Below are positions 1 to 7,024 of a DNA stretch of 32,000 nucleotides, piece after piece. The DNA is from an uncultured Clostridia bacterium (GTDB taxonomy: Bacteria; Bacillota; Clostridia; DSM-8532). Where the stretch lies: the NCBI GenBank assembly GCA_942493335.1, contig OW818693.1, forward strand, positions 3,936,166-3,968,165, written 5' to 3'. The translations under genes were made by a program, and so were the position numbers. The notes below the pieces were generated by a model. That model ran no database searches, was not told the DNA's origin, and saw nothing but the letters and a program-made list of their open reading frames with translations. Each line of letters starts with the position of its first letter. Position 1 is the first letter of the stretch.

Positions 1-941
1 ATCAGGCCGTGACGGATATCGTAACCCGCCCGGAGCGAAGCTTCGACATCCGAACCGTATGCAGGGTAGATGTCCACGGCGAACTGCAGTTTCTTCTTCT
101 CCGCCAGGCGGATCAGGCGCGACGTGACCTCGTAATCGTACGGTCCGTGCGAATCCTTCGCACAGATGGATACGGTGTGTTCATCCGTTTCCAGATCATC
201 CCCGACTGCGCCCATGTCGACGGAAATCATTTCGACCAGATCCTCAGGCAAGCCGGCCGAGCCGCCGTGCCCCACTTCCTCGTAGGTGGTGAAAAGCAGC
301 CAGGTTTTCCGGGCAGGGACCACGCTCTTCTCCTTCATCCACTCCGCCAGCGCGACCAGGATGCCGGCCGAAGCCTTGTCGTCCAGATGACGGCTCTTGA
401 TGAAACCGGAAGAGGTGACAACTGTGCGGGGATCGAAGGCGATGAAGTCTCCGGCACAGATGCCAAGCTTCACCGTGTCCTCGCGGGTGGAAACCTTCTC
501 GTCCAGGACGACCTCCATGGTCGTATCGTCCCGCTTGGCGTTCTTCACGTCCTCGCTGACATGCGCCGATGGCTGATTCAGCTGGAGCGTGCCGGAATAA
601 GTTCTGCCATCGCGTGTGAAAACCGTGCAATTCTCCCCTTCCAGGGTGTTTTCCGCGAAGCCGCCGATTTTCGTCATGCGCAGACGGCCGTTGGGTTTGA
701 CGGAGCGGACCATGCCGCCGAGGGTATCCACATGGGCGGCAAATGCGACAGGGGAACCGGTACCGCCCAAATCGACGAGGACGGATCCTTTCCGGGTCCG
801 GACCGGCGTGTAGCCCAAGGCGGTGAACGTCTCGAAAAGATGGGAGGTGACGGCTGCAGTATATCCGGAAGGACTGGGAATGCCACACAGTCCGACAATG
901 TGCTCGATTGCACGGTTGATGGGCGTTTTTCCTATTTTCAT
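1..941 (-). CDS. M42 family metallopeptidase (glutamyl aminopeptidase / FrvX-like); C-terminus runs off the window edge
   Basis: Not in the ORF track because it is open at the window edge. Hand translation of the reverse strand from ATG at 941-939 gives MKIGKTPINRAIEHIVGLCGIPSPSGYTAAVTSHLFETFTALGYTPVRTRKGSVLVDLGG... and ends ...AVDIYPAYGSDVEASLRAGYDIRHGLI, typical of M42 peptidases. GGAGGAGG RBS lies just upstream (plus-strand cctcctcc at about 947-954). Track ORFs 9..1019(+) and 244..990(-) are wrong-frame shadows. Confidence 0.85.
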   Translation of the reverse strand, partial: MKIGKTPINRAIEHIVGLCGIPSPSGYTAAVTSHLFETFTALGYTPVRTRKGSVLVDLGGTGSPVAFAAHVDTLGGMVRSVKPNGRLRMTKIGGFAENTLEGENCTVFTRDGRTYSGTLQLNQPSAHVSEDVKNAKRDDTTMEVVLDEKVSTREDTVKLGICAGDFIAFDPRTVVTSSGFIKSRHLDDKASAGILVALAEWMKEKSVVPARKTWLLFTTYEEVGHGGSAGLPEDLVEMISVDMGAVGDDLETDEHTVSICAKDSHGPYDYEVTSRLIRLAEKKKLQFAVDIYPAYGSDVEASLRAGYDIRHGL

Positions 942-1057
942 GTCTTCCTCCTCCGATGGATGCAATGGAAAATTCCAACCCATTATACACCCGTTTCCTG
1001 TGTGGGCATCAAACTTTGAGGGTAAATTCACTATTGTCGGAATACTGCGAATGTCAA

Positions 1058-1086
1058 TGCGAAGATAATGGCATGTGTGGTATTTT
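1058..1086 (+). promoter_or_regulatory. Possible sigma-A promoter for the agr-like cassette (TGCGAA-N17-TATTTT with TG at -15/-14)
   Basis: TGCGAA at 1058-1063, a 17-nt spacer ending in tgTGg, and TATTTT at 1081-1086, about 95 nt upstream of the small ORF. A direct TGCGAA repeat 12 bp upstream (1046-1051) overlaps it. Motif match by eye only. Confidence 0.3.
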
Positions 1087-1180
1087 GGATGGGTACCGGC
1101 AATGGTGGCGAGTTTGGAGGCGTTCCTGGTTTTGTTGAAAATGTCTATGCCGAAGACAGATCGGTAGGAAAGGAATCCGC

Positions 1181-1315
1181 ATGAAGAATAGCTGGATGCA
1201 GAAGATATTGAAATGGGTGGGCGCGTCAGCCCTGACAGTTGCAGCACTCGCCCCATTGCTCACCACATGGTTGTTCACACAGGAAGCGGAATGCCCGAAG
1301 CATCTGCAGGCCTGA
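1181..1315 (+). CDS. agrD: AgrD-like autoinducing-peptide precursor (44 aa), absent from the ORF track
   Basis: Hand translation gives MKNSWMQKILKWVGASALTVAALAPLLTTWLFTQEAECPKHLQA*. RBS AGGAAAGGA lies 6 nt upstream. It has an amphipathic/hydrophobic N-terminal leader, a short hydrophobic core and a charged tail with a P-K-x-L motif like clostridial AgrD tails. It sits directly upstream of the AgrC/AgrB genes. Confidence 0.6.
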   Translation: MKNSWMQKILKWVGASALTVAALAPLLTTWLFTQEAECPKHLQA

Positions 1316-1385
1316 TCTTGTATTGGAATCCCTGTTGCAACCGGAAATCATCCGATACTCATCACCCGATGGGAGCGTTTTCCAG

Positions 1386-2720
1386 ATGAACAGATTACCC
1401 CTTGATATTGTCGGTACCCTTTTTGAGGCCTTCATCATTTATCTGTTTCACGGAATCCTGTCCGGAAAAAAGAGTGATCTGACAGTGCGACCCTTGCGCG
1501 TTGCGCTGTTTTTCATCCTGTTTGTCGGTGTGAACAACTTGTTGAGCTTCTACATGCCGATCGGTCTGGGCACTCTCTTTGTGACGGTGTCCGCCATCCT
1601 GATGGTGTATGGGTTTCTGCATGCAAACCTTCTGAGTTCCGTCCTCGTCGTGGTCGCATCCCTGCTGATGATCTCGGTCGTGGAGCTGCCATTGGCCTTG
1701 TTGATGGTTGCGGTGACCGGTATGTCGATAGACCAGATCATTGCCGATGATCGGACGTATCTGGTTCTTTTCGCGGTAGGAAAACTGTTCGAAGTATTCC
1801 TTGCCTTGCTTGTCTTCAGAAGCCGGCTCTCTTTTGAGCGGTTCCGCCTGTTGCAGCGGGAAGCCTCCTTGATAGCCGACCTCATCATCCAGCTTTTCCT
1901 GATGCTGATGATCGTCCTTCTTTCCGTGTTCGGTACGGTGAATCAGGAAAACTCGCTGATGTATACGATTTTTGCGCTGACCATCCTGCTCGCGCTCTTC
2001 GGCCTCGGGGTCATGGATCTGCGGGAACGGGAGCGAACCACCACCATTGTCGGGAAATTCAAGGTGCGTGAACAGCAGATTCGCAACATGAAACAGGTCA
2101 TTTCGGTCATAAGGCGCGAAAAGCATGATTTCATGAATCATATTTCGACCATTCAAGGGATGGTGTCCTTGAACCGGCCAAACGCCCTTGATGCGATCGG
2201 AAGCTATCTCTCGCGCATCAACGATTCGCTTCAGGTATCCTTCAGGACCTTCCAGACCGGAAACGATTATCTGGACGGTTTGCTTGCGATCAAGAACAAT
2301 GTCGCCGTACAGCAGAACATCACTTTTCTGGTGGAGGTGGATGCGCCCTTCGACCGCATTGCCATCCCTGAAACCGACTTGATCAGCATCGTGAGCAATT
2401 TGCTTGACAACGCGTTTGATGCCTTTCACGACATGGCGGTTGAAAAACCATACATTCATCTTTCCACCCGCTTTCAGGAGAATGGGGTGGAGTTGGTCAT
2501 TTCGGACAATGGGCGTCCGATCCCCATGGAAATCAGCGAACGGGTCTTCGAGGAGGGATTTTCAACCAAGTCGGAGCTGGAAGGTGAACGCGGGTTTGGA
2601 TTGGCCATCACACGACAGTTCGTCCAGCGGGCGAAGGGCAGTATCTACCTTGTGAGTCATGCCGATGAAACAGCCTTCCATATCCACATGCCTTCCGTAG
2701 CCGTGGTGAAGCCTGCATGA
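1386..2720 (+). CDS. agrC: AgrC-like membrane sensor histidine kinase (about 6-7 TM segments, SpoOB-type H-box, GHKL ATPase)
   Basis: Part of track ORF 1239..2720. The likely start is ATG 1386 (MNRLPLDIVGTLFEAF...), because the upstream extension is non-protein-like and overlaps agrD. The multi-TM N-terminal half is followed by H-box REKHDFMNHISTIQGMV, N-box NLLDNAFDA, G1 ISDNGRPI and G2 GFGLAI. No receiver domain is present. Confidence 0.8.
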   Translation: MNRLPLDIVGTLFEAFIIYLFHGILSGKKSDLTVRPLRVALFFILFVGVNNLLSFYMPIGLGTLFVTVSAILMVYGFLHANLLSSVLVVVASLLMISVVELPLALLMVAVTGMSIDQIIADDRTYLVLFAVGKLFEVFLALLVFRSRLSFERFRLLQREASLIADLIIQLFLMLMIVLLSVFGTVNQENSLMYTIFALTILLALFGLGVMDLRERERTTTIVGKFKVREQQIRNMKQVISVIRREKHDFMNHISTIQGMVSLNRPNALDAIGSYLSRINDSLQVSFRTFQTGNDYLDGLLAIKNNVAVQQNITFLVEVDAPFDRIAIPETDLISIVSNLLDNAFDAFHDMAVEKPYIHLSTRFQENGVELVISDNGRPIPMEISERVFEEGFSTKSELEGERGFGLAITRQFVQRAKGSIYLVSHADETAFHIHMPSVAVVKPA

Positions 2721-3304
2721 GCGGGTTCGTCCGCAGGGTTGCCAATGCGGTTGGCAGGGCGAATCCGCAGTATTCGCCCGAAACGCTTGAATCTGTTGCC
2801 TACGGCCTTCAGGTGATCTTCAATGATGCCACGAAATTGGCGATCCTTTTCCTTCTTTTTGGATTTCTCTTTTCACCGGTTGAATACTTGGTCCTGCTTG
2901 TTTGCTGGACCCTTCCGCATCTGTTCATGGGCGGCTTCCACAATCGGACCTGGCTCGGTTGCCTGGCGTCCGCCTTGGTCTGCCAAGGGTCGATCCTGTT
3001 GCTTTCCCGGTACACCGATCCTGCCGCTGTCATCCGCATTGCCGCGCTTGTGGCAGGTCTCGGGCTGGTTCTCCTCTTGGCGCCGGCTGACCACCGGAAC
3101 AAGCCCATCCGTAGTCTCCGAAAGCGGAAGCAGTTCAAATGGCTATCCTGCATCACCTATTTCGGGGTATCGGGAGCATCATTTCTGTTGCCCGGCTCTT
3201 GGGGACATATCGCCTTCTGGACGCCGGTCTTCCTGGTTCTCCTGATGGTTGCGGGAAAATGGGCCCGACGGGTACAGGCGCGTGCCACACCGGAAGTCGG
3301 ATGA
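2717..3304 (+). CDS. agrB: AgrB family accessory gene regulator protein B (AgrD-processing membrane cysteine peptidase)
   Basis: Polytopic membrane protein with catalytic His...Cys spaced as in S. aureus AgrB H77/C84 (GGFHNRTWLGC, H to C = i+7). It also has the conserved APADHRNKPI segment (compare APAATKKKPIP). Its ATG overlaps the agrC stop (ATGA at 2717-2720), indicating translational coupling. Confidence 0.85.
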   Translation: MSGFVRRVANAVGRANPQYSPETLESVAYGLQVIFNDATKLAILFLLFGFLFSPVEYLVLLVCWTLPHLFMGGFHNRTWLGCLASALVCQGSILLLSRYTDPAAVIRIAALVAGLGLVLLLAPADHRNKPIRSLRKRKQFKWLSCITYFGVSGASFLLPGSWGHIAFWTPVFLVLLMVAGKWARRVQARATPEVG

Positions 3305-3329
3305 TGATCCGTGTCCCGGTCAGGCAAGG

Positions 3330-4766
3330 TCATTTCAGGGATCCGGCCGAAAGCCCCGAATCCCATACCGACAGTCCATCCCGGTCCGCCAGTGCACCGG
3401 CATAGACGCCATCCTTCATGTCACGGACAAACGCGCCATTCCGATCGAAAAGCCTGTAGCGCGCATAACCGTTGGCAAGGGCCATTTCAGCCATCACGTA
3501 CGGCAGTGTCGCCAATCGGTTGTAGGCTTCCATGGAGGCCTGCCAGGGTGTCGGCAGATCCGCCTTGGTTGTTTCCACGGTCAGACAGGGCTTCTGGGTT
3601 TCGTTCGCGACAAAATCACCGAAATAGCCGCTGTAATTATCCGACAGGTCGGTCGGCGTCACACTGTAATGCGTGATGCCGCCTGCCTTGATGGCATATC
3701 GCTTTGATTCGGCATTGTAGGAGGCTGAAAGGTAGGGACGGTCCCAATAGATTACATTGCCCATGCTGTGAAGACTCAGAACAATTCTGTAATTCTCACG
3801 CTTCACGAGGGATGCAAGCGCCTTGGTTTCAGGTTCGCTGGCGGGCTTTGCCCCTGAATAGAACATGGCGGCGGGAATCCTTGAATACAGGCCACGCGAG
3901 AGGGTGGCGCCATTCTGTCGTTTTCCCCATAAGTCGATCCAATGCCCTGCTTTGCCGTCATAGTAAATGGCGGGAAAATTCCTGTTCAGATCAACGCCGG
4001 ACGCATTTGCCTTGAAAATGGGGAAACGCGAAGGGTTGATGCTGTTCAGAAAAGCGAGGATGCCTGGAACGGTAAAGGGTGCTTTTCCATACTTTACGAG
4101 ATCATAACCATCCGGATTGCTGAGAACGACAAAGTCGAACGAGCATTCCGACATGAGGGCGGACATGTCCAGCAGGGGGAGATGCCCTTCGGCAACCGTA
4201 TCTTTTGCATAATTTGCCAGAATCCGATAGGCGATGTACGGATTGGCCGTTTCTCGTGCATGTGTTCCGGCTTCGACCAGAATGGCCGGCTTGCCGCGCT
4301 GCAGCCATGCTTGCTCGAAAGCGGCCTGGGTCGTGATGTTGGCCGGGGTGGTCGGAGTGATCGGGTCTGTCAGAGGTGCTGACAGGTCCATGTCAGAGGA
4401 TGTTCCTGACGAAACAGGAAGAGATGCGAGGGGGCCTGGATCGGGTGACAAGGGACTTGATGTCGGTTCGGAGGCTGACGGAACAAACGGTGAAGCCAAC
4501 CGCATGCGCAGGATGTCCCGGCCGTTGGCGGTCCGGCCGATGACGATGTGGCTGATCAAATCCGGATAGGCGGCCTCGAGCCGAAGCAATTCGTCATTGA
4601 TCTGGCGGGAAGTGAGTTTGGCAAAACGTTCCGGGTTCATGACGACAAAAGGAATTGAGGCGGATGACGCATTCGCGTGGGTGACGGGGAAAACCAGGAA
4701 CAGGACCGTCACAAGCAGGATGAACGCCAAACCGGCAGGATGTCTTTCCCTGTTGCTTCTGGGCAT
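3330..4766 (-). CDS. Secreted M14 family zinc carboxypeptidase (gamma-D-glutamyl-meso-DAP peptidase-like) with a Ser/Pro/Thr-rich insertion
   Basis: Signal peptide MPRSNRERHPAGLAFILLVTVLFLVFPVTHA|N. M14 motifs are GTHARET (HxxE zinc site), VVLSNPDGYD, VDLNRNFP and SLHSMGNVIYW. GGAAGGAGG lies upstream. Confidence 0.85.
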   Translation of the reverse strand: MPRSNRERHPAGLAFILLVTVLFLVFPVTHANASSASIPFVVMNPERFAKLTSRQINDELLRLEAAYPDLISHIVIGRTANGRDILRMRLASPFVPSASEPTSSPLSPDPGPLASLPVSSGTSSDMDLSAPLTDPITPTTPANITTQAAFEQAWLQRGKPAILVEAGTHARETANPYIAYRILANYAKDTVAEGHLPLLDMSALMSECSFDFVVLSNPDGYDLVKYGKAPFTVPGILAFLNSINPSRFPIFKANASGVDLNRNFPAIYYDGKAGHWIDLWGKRQNGATLSRGLYSRIPAAMFYSGAKPASEPETKALASLVKRENYRIVLSLHSMGNVIYWDRPYLSASYNAESKRYAIKAGGITHYSVTPTDLSDNYSGYFGDFVANETQKPCLTVETTKADLPTPWQASMEAYNRLATLPYVMAEMALANGYARYRLFDRNGAFVRDMKDGVYAGALADRDGLSVWDSGLSAGSLK

Positions 4767-4901
4767 ATGCGGTCAACCTCCTTCCAGGATATGTGCGGAT
4801 TTGCCAAGGGTGTCGCTGTCGCGCATGGGTATATTACCACGAAACAGCGGGGTTCTCCCGGTTTGCTGCCGGACGCGGTTGTCTGCAGCACAACGCGGCC
4901 C

Positions 4902-4931
4902 TGCAAATTCCCTGAATGTTCATGATATAAT
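4902..4931 (+). promoter_or_regulatory. Putative extended -10 promoter for the aminopeptidase P gene
   Basis: TGCAAA (4902-4907), an 18-nt spacer, then TGaTATAAT (TG 4923-4924, TATAAT 4926-4931), about 70 nt upstream of ATG 5000. Confidence 0.45.
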
Positions 4932-4999
4932 GGAATGCAAAAAGAGTGCAACACGCCCGGAGAGGCGCTGCCGGTCTCACAGGCGGGAAGGGGATTGAA

Positions 5000-6796
5000 A
5001 TGACTGAACGCATGGAAGCATTGCGAAAGGAAATGACGAAGGAGGGGTTGGACGCATGGCTTGTTCCCAGCGGCGATCCGCACCTCAGCGAATATGTGGC
5101 GGATCACTGGAAGACGAGGGCCTGGCTGTCGGGCTTCACCGGGTCCGCAGGCACACTTCTGGTTACTTTGGATAAGGCTCTGCTGTGGACCGACGGACGC
5201 TACTTCGTCCAGGCGGAGGGTGAACTGGCCGGGAGCGGCATCGAGCTGGTGAAAATGGCCACCCCCGGCTTTCCCACCGTTCTTGAGTGGCTGGAGAAGA
5301 ATCTTCCCGACGGAGCGCGGCTTGGTCTGGATGCTACGCTGTATGCCGCCGCCACGTTGAAGGAATATGAAAAGAAGCTGAGCTTGAAGCAGGGCGTCAT
5401 CGTCGGTGATTTTGACCTGCCCGGGCGGATATGGCCGGGTCGTCCGGCAGTGCCCGCTACGCCTGTCTTTGTACATGATGCGGAATATGCCGGGTTCACC
5501 CCATCGGAGAAGATCACCCGGATCCGTGAAAGAATGACTGCGGAAAAGGCGGACCATTACCTGCTTTCCGCTTTGGATGGCATTGCCTGGCTGTTGAATG
5601 TCCGCGGCGCGGATGTGAAGAACAATCCGGTCACCATTGCCTATGTGCGCATTGGCCAGCAGGATGCGGAACTTTTCATTGATGCGGACAAACTTGATGA
5701 AACCGTTCGCGCGCATCTGTCCGCGAACGGCGTAACGGTTTCCCCGTATGAAACCGTCCTGACTTCGATCGCCAAGCTTCCTGCAGGGTCCCGTGTGGCC
5801 TATGACGCCAAATTGACGAATGCGGGCCTGGCAAAAGCCGTTCCGCATTCCTGCACACCGGTCGAGACCGACGATTTCGTCGTCAAAGCCAAGGCCGTGA
5901 AGAGCGCGGTGGAGATCGAGAACCTGAAACGCTGCCAGGCTCGGGATGGCGCCGCCATGGTGCGCTTTCTCATATGGCTGGAACGGGAGATGGAAAGGCT
6001 TGAGGAAAGCGGAACAGACGGACCGGATGTGACCGAGCTGGATGTTGCTGCAAAGCTGGCGGAGTTGCGTGGCGCCCTTCCCCTGAATCGTGGAGAGAGC
6101 TTCGACACGATTGCCGCGTATGGGTCCAATGCCGCGATGATGCACTACAGCGCGACACCGGAGAGCCATGCCGTGCTGGAACCCCACGGGCTGCTGCTTG
6201 TGGACAGCGGCGGCCAATATCTGGACGGAACAACGGACATCACCCGCACCATTGCGCTGGGGCCTGTTACGGATGAAGAGCGAATGGCATGCACGTTGAC
6301 CCTCCAGTCCCATATCGGGCTGGCCAGGGCTCATTTTCTGGAGGGCAGCACCGGCTCGAACCTGGACGTGCTTGCGCGTCTGCCCATGTGGCGGAACGGA
6401 ATGGACTACAAATGCGGAACAGGGCACGGCGTGGGGTATTTCCTCAGCGTGCACGAAGGCCCGCAGGGTTTCCGGCAGACCCATTCGCCCGTGAAACTCG
6501 AACCGGGGATGATCATCACCAACGAACCGGGTGTCTACCGGGCCGGGAAACTTGGTGTCCGTACCGAGAACACCGTGCTGGTGGTGCCGTCCTGCCAGAC
6601 GGACGATGGAACCTTCTTCAAACTGGAGACGATCTCCTGCTGTCCGATCGATGTGGGAACACTGGATCTTGCCCGTCTTTCCGCCGATGAACGGGAGTGG
6701 CTGAATGAATACCACGCCTTCGTGTTTGCAAGGGTGTCCCCGCATCTGGATGCATCCGAAGCAGCCTGGTTGAAGACGGCGACAGCCCCGGTTTGA
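5000..6796 (+). CDS. Xaa-Pro aminopeptidase / aminopeptidase P family protein (M24B)
   Basis: Track ORF 4946..6796. The preferred start is ATG 5000 (MTERMEALRKEMTKEGLDAWLVPSGDPHLSEY) after GGGAAGGGGA. It has a creatinase-like N-terminal region and M24 metal ligands: DSGGQYLDGTTDITRT, HGVGYFLSVHEGP, NEPGVY, RTENTV. Confidence 0.9.
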   Translation: MTERMEALRKEMTKEGLDAWLVPSGDPHLSEYVADHWKTRAWLSGFTGSAGTLLVTLDKALLWTDGRYFVQAEGELAGSGIELVKMATPGFPTVLEWLEKNLPDGARLGLDATLYAAATLKEYEKKLSLKQGVIVGDFDLPGRIWPGRPAVPATPVFVHDAEYAGFTPSEKITRIRERMTAEKADHYLLSALDGIAWLLNVRGADVKNNPVTIAYVRIGQQDAELFIDADKLDETVRAHLSANGVTVSPYETVLTSIAKLPAGSRVAYDAKLTNAGLAKAVPHSCTPVETDDFVVKAKAVKSAVEIENLKRCQARDGAAMVRFLIWLEREMERLEESGTDGPDVTELDVAAKLAELRGALPLNRGESFDTIAAYGSNAAMMHYSATPESHAVLEPHGLLLVDSGGQYLDGTTDITRTIALGPVTDEERMACTLTLQSHIGLARAHFLEGSTGSNLDVLARLPMWRNGMDYKCGTGHGVGYFLSVHEGPQGFRQTHSPVKLEPGMIITNEPGVYRAGKLGVRTENTVLVVPSCQTDDGTFFKLETISCCPIDVGTLDLARLSADEREWLNEYHAFVFARVSPHLDASEAAWLKTATAPV

Positions 6797-6898
6797 GACG
6801 AATCGATGCCGCCTGGTTGAAGACGGCGACAGCTCAGGTTTGAGTTGAATCGAAGCCGAGTGGCTGAAGAGATCGACGGTTCCGGTATGAGGCGAATC
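6758..6898 (+). repeat. Three tandem 47-bp repeats duplicating the last 12 codons plus stop of the aminopeptidase P gene
   Basis: Units are 6758-6804, 6805-6851 and 6852-6898. By hand alignment unit 1 versus unit 2 is about 41/47 identical and unit 1 versus unit 3 about 35/47. Each unit reads as a C-terminal tail ending in TGA: EAAWLKTATAPV*, DAAWLKTATAQV*, EAEWLKRSTVPV*. Confidence 0.85.
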
Positions 6899-6906
6899 AA
6901 AGACGC

Positions 6907-6944
6907 ATGACTGAAGGACGGCTGCATAGCCGTCCTTCAGTCAT
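6907..6944. terminator. Bidirectional terminator-like hairpin between convergent genes
   Basis: Perfect 17-bp stem ATGACTGAAGGACGGCT / AGCCGTCCTTCAGTCAT with a 4-nt loop (gcat). It lies between the aminopeptidase P gene (+) and the ABC permease gene (-). The flanking T-tracts are weak. Confidence 0.6.
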
Positions 6945-7024
6945 TTACATATCTCTTTCGAGGTTTTTTTCGGTTCTACTTGAGTCCTTGACCGATTCCA
7001 TTCGAGAATCTTTCATTTCACGGT

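Noticed and set aside
9-1019. Track ORFs 9..1019(+) and 244..990(-) at the left edge
   Set aside because: Both are wrong-frame or wrong-strand shadows. The real gene is the edge-truncated M42 peptidase on the minus strand (1..941), which hand translation reads cleanly.
956-1138. 60-aa Cys/Trp-rich small ORF (…SEYCECQCEDNGMCGILDGYRQWWRVWRRSWFC) upstream of the agr cassette, considered as a RiPP or alternative precursor
   Set aside because: It has no purine-rich RBS; the sequence before its ATG is the complement of the M42 gene's RBS. It overlaps the putative agr promoter and has no leader/core organisation resembling AgrD. The 1181-1315 ORF is a much better candidate.
1395-2459. Other long antisense or overlapping ORFs: 1395..2459(-), 6945..8108(-), 10592..11383(+), 14256..15152(+), 17231..18199(-), 18864..19802(-), 20367..21377(+), 24243..25124(-), 25365..26687(-)
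   Set aside because: Each lies opposite, or out of frame with, a gene carrying clear family motifs. Each has biased, low-complexity-like composition (R/G/P/H-rich) and lacks an RBS.
4709-6745. 678-aa ORF antisense to the aminopeptidase P gene
   Set aside because: Its translation is Arg/Gly/Pro/His-rich and not protein-like. It is fully shadowed by a plus-strand gene with clear M24B motifs. This is a typical stop-poor antisense frame in GC-rich coding DNA.
6758-6898. CRISPR array or mobile-element ends as explanations for the tandem repeats here, at 10561-10680 and at 23276-23305
   Set aside because: The repeats are contiguous with no unique spacers. There are no cas, transposase or integrase genes and no flanking inverted repeats in the window. 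They are reported as tandem duplications only.
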